Positions 59,010-64,000 of a stretch of 64,000 bases of DNA are shown here, one piece after another. A model generated the notes under the pieces. That model had not been told where the DNA came from. It saw only the letters and a program-made list of their open reading frames with translations, and made no database searches. The first letter of the stretch is position 1. Every line of letters begins with the position of its first letter. Source of the stretch: Macrostomum lignano (Eukaryota); contig NIVC01001587.1 in NCBI GenBank assembly GCA_002269645.1, forward strand, positions 200,716 to 264,715, written 5' to 3'. A program made the translations under genes and the position numbers.

Positions 59010-59990
59010 TCAGATTTGCTCTCATCTCTACTTCACATCCTCTTGCCTCTACTTAGGTTCTCTCATCTCTACTTCACATCCTCTTGCCTCTACTTAGGTT
59101 CTCTCATCTCTACTTCACATCCTCTTGCCTCTACTTAGGTTCTCTCATCTCTACTTCTGGATTCTCCCAAAGCTACTTCTGATCTTCTGATCTCTACTTC
59201 TTAGATTCTTCCAAAACTACTTCTGATTCTCTCACCTCTACTTCTTAGATTCTCCCAAAGCTACTTCTGATTCTCTCATCTCTACTTCTTAGATTCTTCC
59301 AAAGCTACTTCTGATTCTCTCACCTCTACTTCTTAGATTCTTCCAAAGCTACTTCTGATTCTCTCACCTCTACTTCTTAGATTCTCCTGAAGCTACTTCT
59401 GATTCTCTCATCTCTACTTCTTAGATTCTCCCAAAGCTACTTCTGATCCTCTGATCTCTACTTCTTAGATTCTCTCGAATCTACCTCTGGTCCTCTCACC
59501 TCTACTTCTTAGATTCTTCTGAAGCTACTTCTGATTCTCTCACCTCTACTTCTTAGATTCTCCCAAAGCTACTTCTGATTCTCTCACCTCTACTTCTTAG
59601 ATTCTCCCAAAGCTACTTCTGATTCTCTCATCTCTACTTCTTAGATTCTCCAAAGCTACTTCTGATTCTCTCACCTCTACTTCTTAGATTCTCCAAAGCT
59701 ACTTCTGATCCTCTCACCTCTACTTCTTAGATTCTCCCAAAGCTACTTCTGATCCTCTCATCTCTACTTCTTAGATTCTCCCGAAGCTACTTCTGATCCT
59801 CTCACCTCTACTTCTTAGACTCCCTCATCTCTACTTCTTAGACTCACTCATCTCTACTTCTTAGATTCTCCCAAAGCTACTTCTGATCCTCTGATCTCTA
59901 CTTCTTAGATTCTCTCGAATCTACCTCTGGTCCTCTCGCCTCTACTTCTTAGATTCTCCCGAAGCTACTTCTGATTCTCTCATATCTACT
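59010..59990 (+). repeat. ~44-bp minisatellite (CTCTACTTCTTAGATTCTCCCAAAGCTACTTCTGATTCTCTCAC)
   Basis: About 20 diverged copies. Confidence 0.92.
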
Positions 59991-60795
59991 TCTTGGGTTT
60001 GCTACAATCGCTACAGAAGACAGGCAGACTTGAGACGATAGCGTTTTAATTTTAACAGAATAAATTTTCCACAGCTCGCAGAGTAGAGTGCTGTAATAAA
60101 AATTATCGATTTTAAAGTTATATAAAAAAGCTCTGCTGCTCGCGCAACTTTCATTTGAAACTTGCGCGACATTCTTTTTCCTTGTCAAAATTGACCTTGA
60201 TGTCATTTTTATCCCACAGCTAGCTGGCATTTCATACGATATACCGCATGTCAGAGCGCCTTGCTGGCATCTGTAGGCCCATTGTCAAACATTTATTTGT
60301 CGGGCCTGAAAAACCCTCGGTACTGCTGTGTGAATGAAATAGTGGCTGCTTTTCTTGCGAGCTGGGTGTACGGCAGGGCAGATGACGCATTATGCAGTTG
60401 CTTGACTGGGGATAGAGTGACTGAACTTCTAGCCCAGTGCTGCTTTTGTCTGCTCATTTCGCTCACTCTCTCTCTCTCCCTCTCTCACGGCCATTGTATA
60501 TTTTTTCTGGTGTGTGTGTTTGGCATTTTTCAATTCGGAAGTGTTACCCGCGCAGAACATGCGCAATATGGGGTCTCTGCAAAAGCACTGAGACGGCCCA
60601 TTATACTCAACTCGAGGGACTCAGAGTCATGCTCACTGAGGCATTATATATACAGACTGTTGAATTGGAATTTCACGACAAAGCCGTCAGGTGTAGAACA
60701 CTCTTCCGTTGTAGTTTGGTTTCTTCTCAACGGAGTCATCTAAATCCCAGTTGGTGAGTCATTTCTAGAATAATTGGACCAGATCAAGTCGAAGC

Positions 60796-60833
60796 CACGG
60801 ACTACTATATAAGCGACAATTAAGTAGTCCGTG
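60796..60833. mobile_element. 38-bp mini-element with 11-bp perfect TIRs and 8-bp TSD
   Basis: GTCGAAGC|CACGGACTACT-16 nt-AGTAGTCCGTG|GTCGAAGC. Confidence 0.75.
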
Positions 60834-60854
60834 GTCGAAGCACTGCACGGGAAG

Positions 60855-61355
60855 ATTTTAGCGCCACAAAGATGATTTTAGCGCCACAAAGATGATTTTA
60901 GCGCCACAGGAAATGAGATTTTAGCGCCACACAGGAGATTTTGGCGCCACAGGAAGGGAGATTTTAGCGCCACAGGAAGAGAGACTTAAGCGCGACATAG
61001 GAGATTTTAGCACCACAGGAAATGATATTTTAGCGTCACCGAGAAGATTTTGGCGCCACATGGGGGATTTAGCGCCACATGGGAGATTTTAACGCCACAG
61101 GAGGGAAATTCCAGCGCCACAGAAAGTGAGATATTAGCGCCACAGAAAGTGAGATATTAGCGCCACGGGAAGGCAGATTTTAGCGCCATAAGGGAGATGT
61201 TAGCGCCATAAGGGAGATGTTAGCGCCATAAGGGAGATGTTAGCGCCATAAGGGAGATTTTAGCGCCATAAGGGGAGATTTTAGCGCCATAAAGGAGATT
61301 TTAGCGCCACAGGGGAGATTTTAGCGCCATAAGGGAGATTTTAGCGCCACAGTGG
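60855..61355 (+). repeat. Degenerate ~20-bp repeat with core GATTTTAGCGCCACAGG
   Basis: About 23 copies. The core resembles the 15007-16265 satellite. Confidence 0.88.
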
Positions 61356-61432
61356 AGATTAAAGGCGTTTAATGAAATTCATATTCCATTTTCAGATATT
61401 CAAAATAATTTTCCATTGAGGCTGCTAAGAAC

Positions 61433-64000
61433 ATGGCCGAAGCTCTATCTGTGAGTCTCAATTATATCATATTTATCATCATTTTACTTGCATTTTACCA
61501 ATCGCGACTCGACACTTTGCAGGGCGACCTTCCTCCTGAGCCGATGGACGATTTATCGCCGGAAAAGCAAAAACTTTTTCTCGAGGTTTGCACACAAAAA
61601 AATTTCGTTTTAGTGAAATGTAGTTTTTTTCTCAGATCGCCAAAATTTTCAATTTGCAGTTCAAGGACCAAGCCGCCAGTCTGATCGTGAAGGGCAAATT
61701 TCTGCACGAAGACCACTTTTTAAAGAAGTGGCTGATCGCCAGAAACTGGGACGTCAGCAAAGCTGTGGCCATGTTTGCCGAGGTGAGGGGGGGCAGTGCG
61801 TGCCTAACTAGATGTACGAGCCCCGATGCTTGCACCGGCACATGGGGCTTCATGTGCACCGGCAACCGGCTGCACGAATGCGATCTGGTTGCCAGGGATC
61901 TGGAGGCTCAGACCAGGCGACTGGGCGTATGTGTAGACAAAATGATCATCATCTTTGACCACTAGATTGACCACTCTTCTCAGCTCTCTTCTCTCTCCTC
62001 CCTCCCCTCTTCTCTCATTTTCTCTCCTTTTTTCCCTCTTCTAGAATGCCAAGTGTTACGTTTTGATACAATCGTGAATTTTAGTGGTCCTTGGCATGCA
62101 CTATCTGCACACTCCAGCTTCGGTACATGCACACCCCAGCTTCGGTACATGCACAGCCCAGCTTCGGTGCATGCACACCCCAGCTTCGGCACATGCACAG
62201 CCCAGCTTCGGTACATGCACACCCCAGCTTCGGCACATGCACAGCCCAGCTTCGGTGCATGCACACCCCAGCTTCGGCACATGCACACCCCAGCTTCGGC
62301 ACATGTACAGCCTAGCATCGGCACGTGCACACCCCGGCATCGGCACATGCACACCCCAGCTTCGGTGCATGCACACCCCAGCTTCGGCACATGCACAGGC
62401 CAGCTTCGGTGCATGCACACCCCAGCTTCGGCACATGCACAGCCCAGCTTCGGTACATGCACACCCCAGCTTCGGCACATGTACAGCCCAGCATCGGCAT
62501 ATGCACACCCCGGCATCGGCACATGCACAGCCCAGCTTCGGTACATGCACACCCCAGTTTCTTCATCCCCTTCCGCCACAGAGTGAGAAGTTCAAGAAGG
62601 AGATGGACGTGGATCACCTGCTGGACTGGGAGCCGCCGGAGGTGCTGAAGCAGTACTACTGCGGCGGTATCATAGGCCACGCCAAGGACGGCTCCCCTGT
62701 GAAGCTGGCCGCCACCAACCTGGACATGAAAGGCCTGCTGATGGCCTGTCGCCGGCAGGATGTCATTAAGAACCGGCTGCGGGAATGCGAGCTGGTTGTC
62801 AAGGAGCTGGAGGCTCAGACCAGGCGACTGGGTGTGTGGGTAGACAAAATGACCATCATCTTTGACCAGAGCCACGCGTCCCAGATGCTGTGGGGTCCAG
62901 GTGAGTCGGAGAGTCGGGCTGATGCTCATGCTTGGTGCTGATAAGGGTGTGGGGCTGATAAGGGTGTGGGGCTGATAAGGGTGGGGCTGCTGATAAGGGT
63001 GTGGGGCTGATAAGGGTGTGGGGCTGATAAGGGTGTGGGGCTGATAGGGGTATGGGGCTGATAAGGGTGTGGGGCTGATAAGGGTGTGGGCTGATAAGGG
63101 TATGGTGCTGATAAGGGTGTGGGGCTGATAAGGGTGTGGGGCTGATAAGGGTGTGGTGCTGATGAGGGTGTGGGGCTGATAAGGGTGTGTGGGCTGATAA
63201 GGGGGTGGGGCTGATAAGGGTGTGGGGCTGATAAGGGTGTGGTGCTGATGAGGGTGTGGGGCTGATAAGGGTGTGGGCTGATAAGGGTGTGGGGCTGATA
63301 AGGGTATGGGGCTGATAAGGGTGTGGGGCTGATAAGGGTGGGGCTGATAAGGGTGTGGTGCTGATGAGGGTGTGGTGCTGATGAGGGTGTGGGGCTGATA
63401 AGGGTGTGGGCTGATAAGGGTGTGGGGCTGATAAGGGTGTGGGGCTGATAAGGGTGTGGGGCTGATAAGGGTGTGGGGTGATTAGCTGTACAGCTCACCG
63501 CCAGGGTGTAGGGAGGGGGATAGGGGGATGTATCCCCCGCCCGAAGAGCCTGACCAAAACTTTTTCGTTGCCCTTTGTTGCTATACATGCTACCATGTCA
63601 CTCTGTCATAGCACTTTTACCTTGGTGTATCCCCCGTAGAAAATTCACCTTGGTGTATCCCCCGTAGAAAATTCACCTTGGTGTATCCCCCGTAGAAAAA
63701 TTCACCTTGGTGTATCCCCCCGTAGGAAATTCCTGGCTACGCCCCTGCTCACCGCCATTTCCTTCATTTTCGCCCCACAAGCCCGCGACATCAACACGTA
63801 CTTTGCCAAGATGCTGAGAGTAACTATCCCGAGATGTTGGGCAAAATGTTTGTCGTTAACGGTGAGTTTCAGCATTTCTATTTTTACCTTTGTATTCTAT
63901 CGGATAATAATTGGAAAGCAAAAAATAGAGAATAACTACAATATTTCAGCTCCGGCGATCTTCCCTCTTCTGTGGAAACTGTTTCGTCCGTTCCTGGCTG
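61433..64000 (+). CDS. SEC14-like lipid-binding protein (CRAL-TRIO; SEC14L2/3/4-like), 5'-complete, runs off the window; apparent 1-nt frameshift near 63816
   Basis: Exons 61433-61450, 61523-61585, 61660-61782, 62582-62900, 63782-63861, 63950-64000+. Motifs: DDLSPEKQKLFLE|FKD, FLKKWLIARNWDVSKAVAM, LLDWEPPEVLKQYYCGG, LDMKGLL, NYPEMLGKMFVVN|APAIFPLLWKLFRPFL. Confidence 0.9.
62100..62555 (+). repeat. 22-bp minisatellite (GCACACCCCAGCTTCGGTACAT) in SEC14-like intron 3
   Basis: About 21 copies. Confidence 0.95.
62935..63480 (+). repeat. 17-bp G-rich minisatellite (ATAAGGGTGTGGGGCTG) in SEC14-like intron 4
   Basis: About 31 copies. Confidence 0.95.
63502..63747. mobile_element. hAT-like MITE with 8-bp TSD in SEC14-like intron 4
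   Basis: TSD CTCACCGC at 63494-63501 and 63748-63755. Ends CAGGGTGTAG.../...CTGGCTACGCCCCTG. Internal ~28-bp repeat (AAAATTCACCTTGGTGTATCCCCCGTAG) x4. Confidence 0.8.

Overview
Eukaryotic (metazoan) genomic DNA, most plausibly a flatworm of the Macrostomum type. That assignment is inferred from GC-rich coding exons, AT-rich flanks, minisatellite-filled introns and unpaired acceptors before start codons. Eight host genes lie on the + strand: an intronless U1A/U2B''/SNF-family gene, DDI1, SNX3/12, a 7-repeat protocadherin, intronless ZNF593/Bud20, ZDHHC4, a Schlafen(AlbA_2)-like gene and a SEC14-like gene that runs off the window. About 25 kb (roughly 40%, estimated by eye) is tandem repeat, and several arrays are built from splice-site sequence. 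A full-length RNase H-containing non-LTR retrotransposon lies on the - strand (36978-42732) with a perfect 14-bp target-site duplication. The most striking observation is that its exact 5' terminal nucleotide is G1 of a complete HDV-like ribozyme fold with a co-varying P1.1 pair. Downstream, a strong polypyrimidine/AG acceptor sits 2 nt before the ORF1 ATG, and ORF1 joins ORF2 through a TGA-TAATG stop/start junction. The window also has a tRNA-derived SINE (2 copies) and several hAT-like MITEs with 8-bp TSDs, one carrying a 1.25-kb satellite. All gene models and folds were derived by hand; no searches were run.
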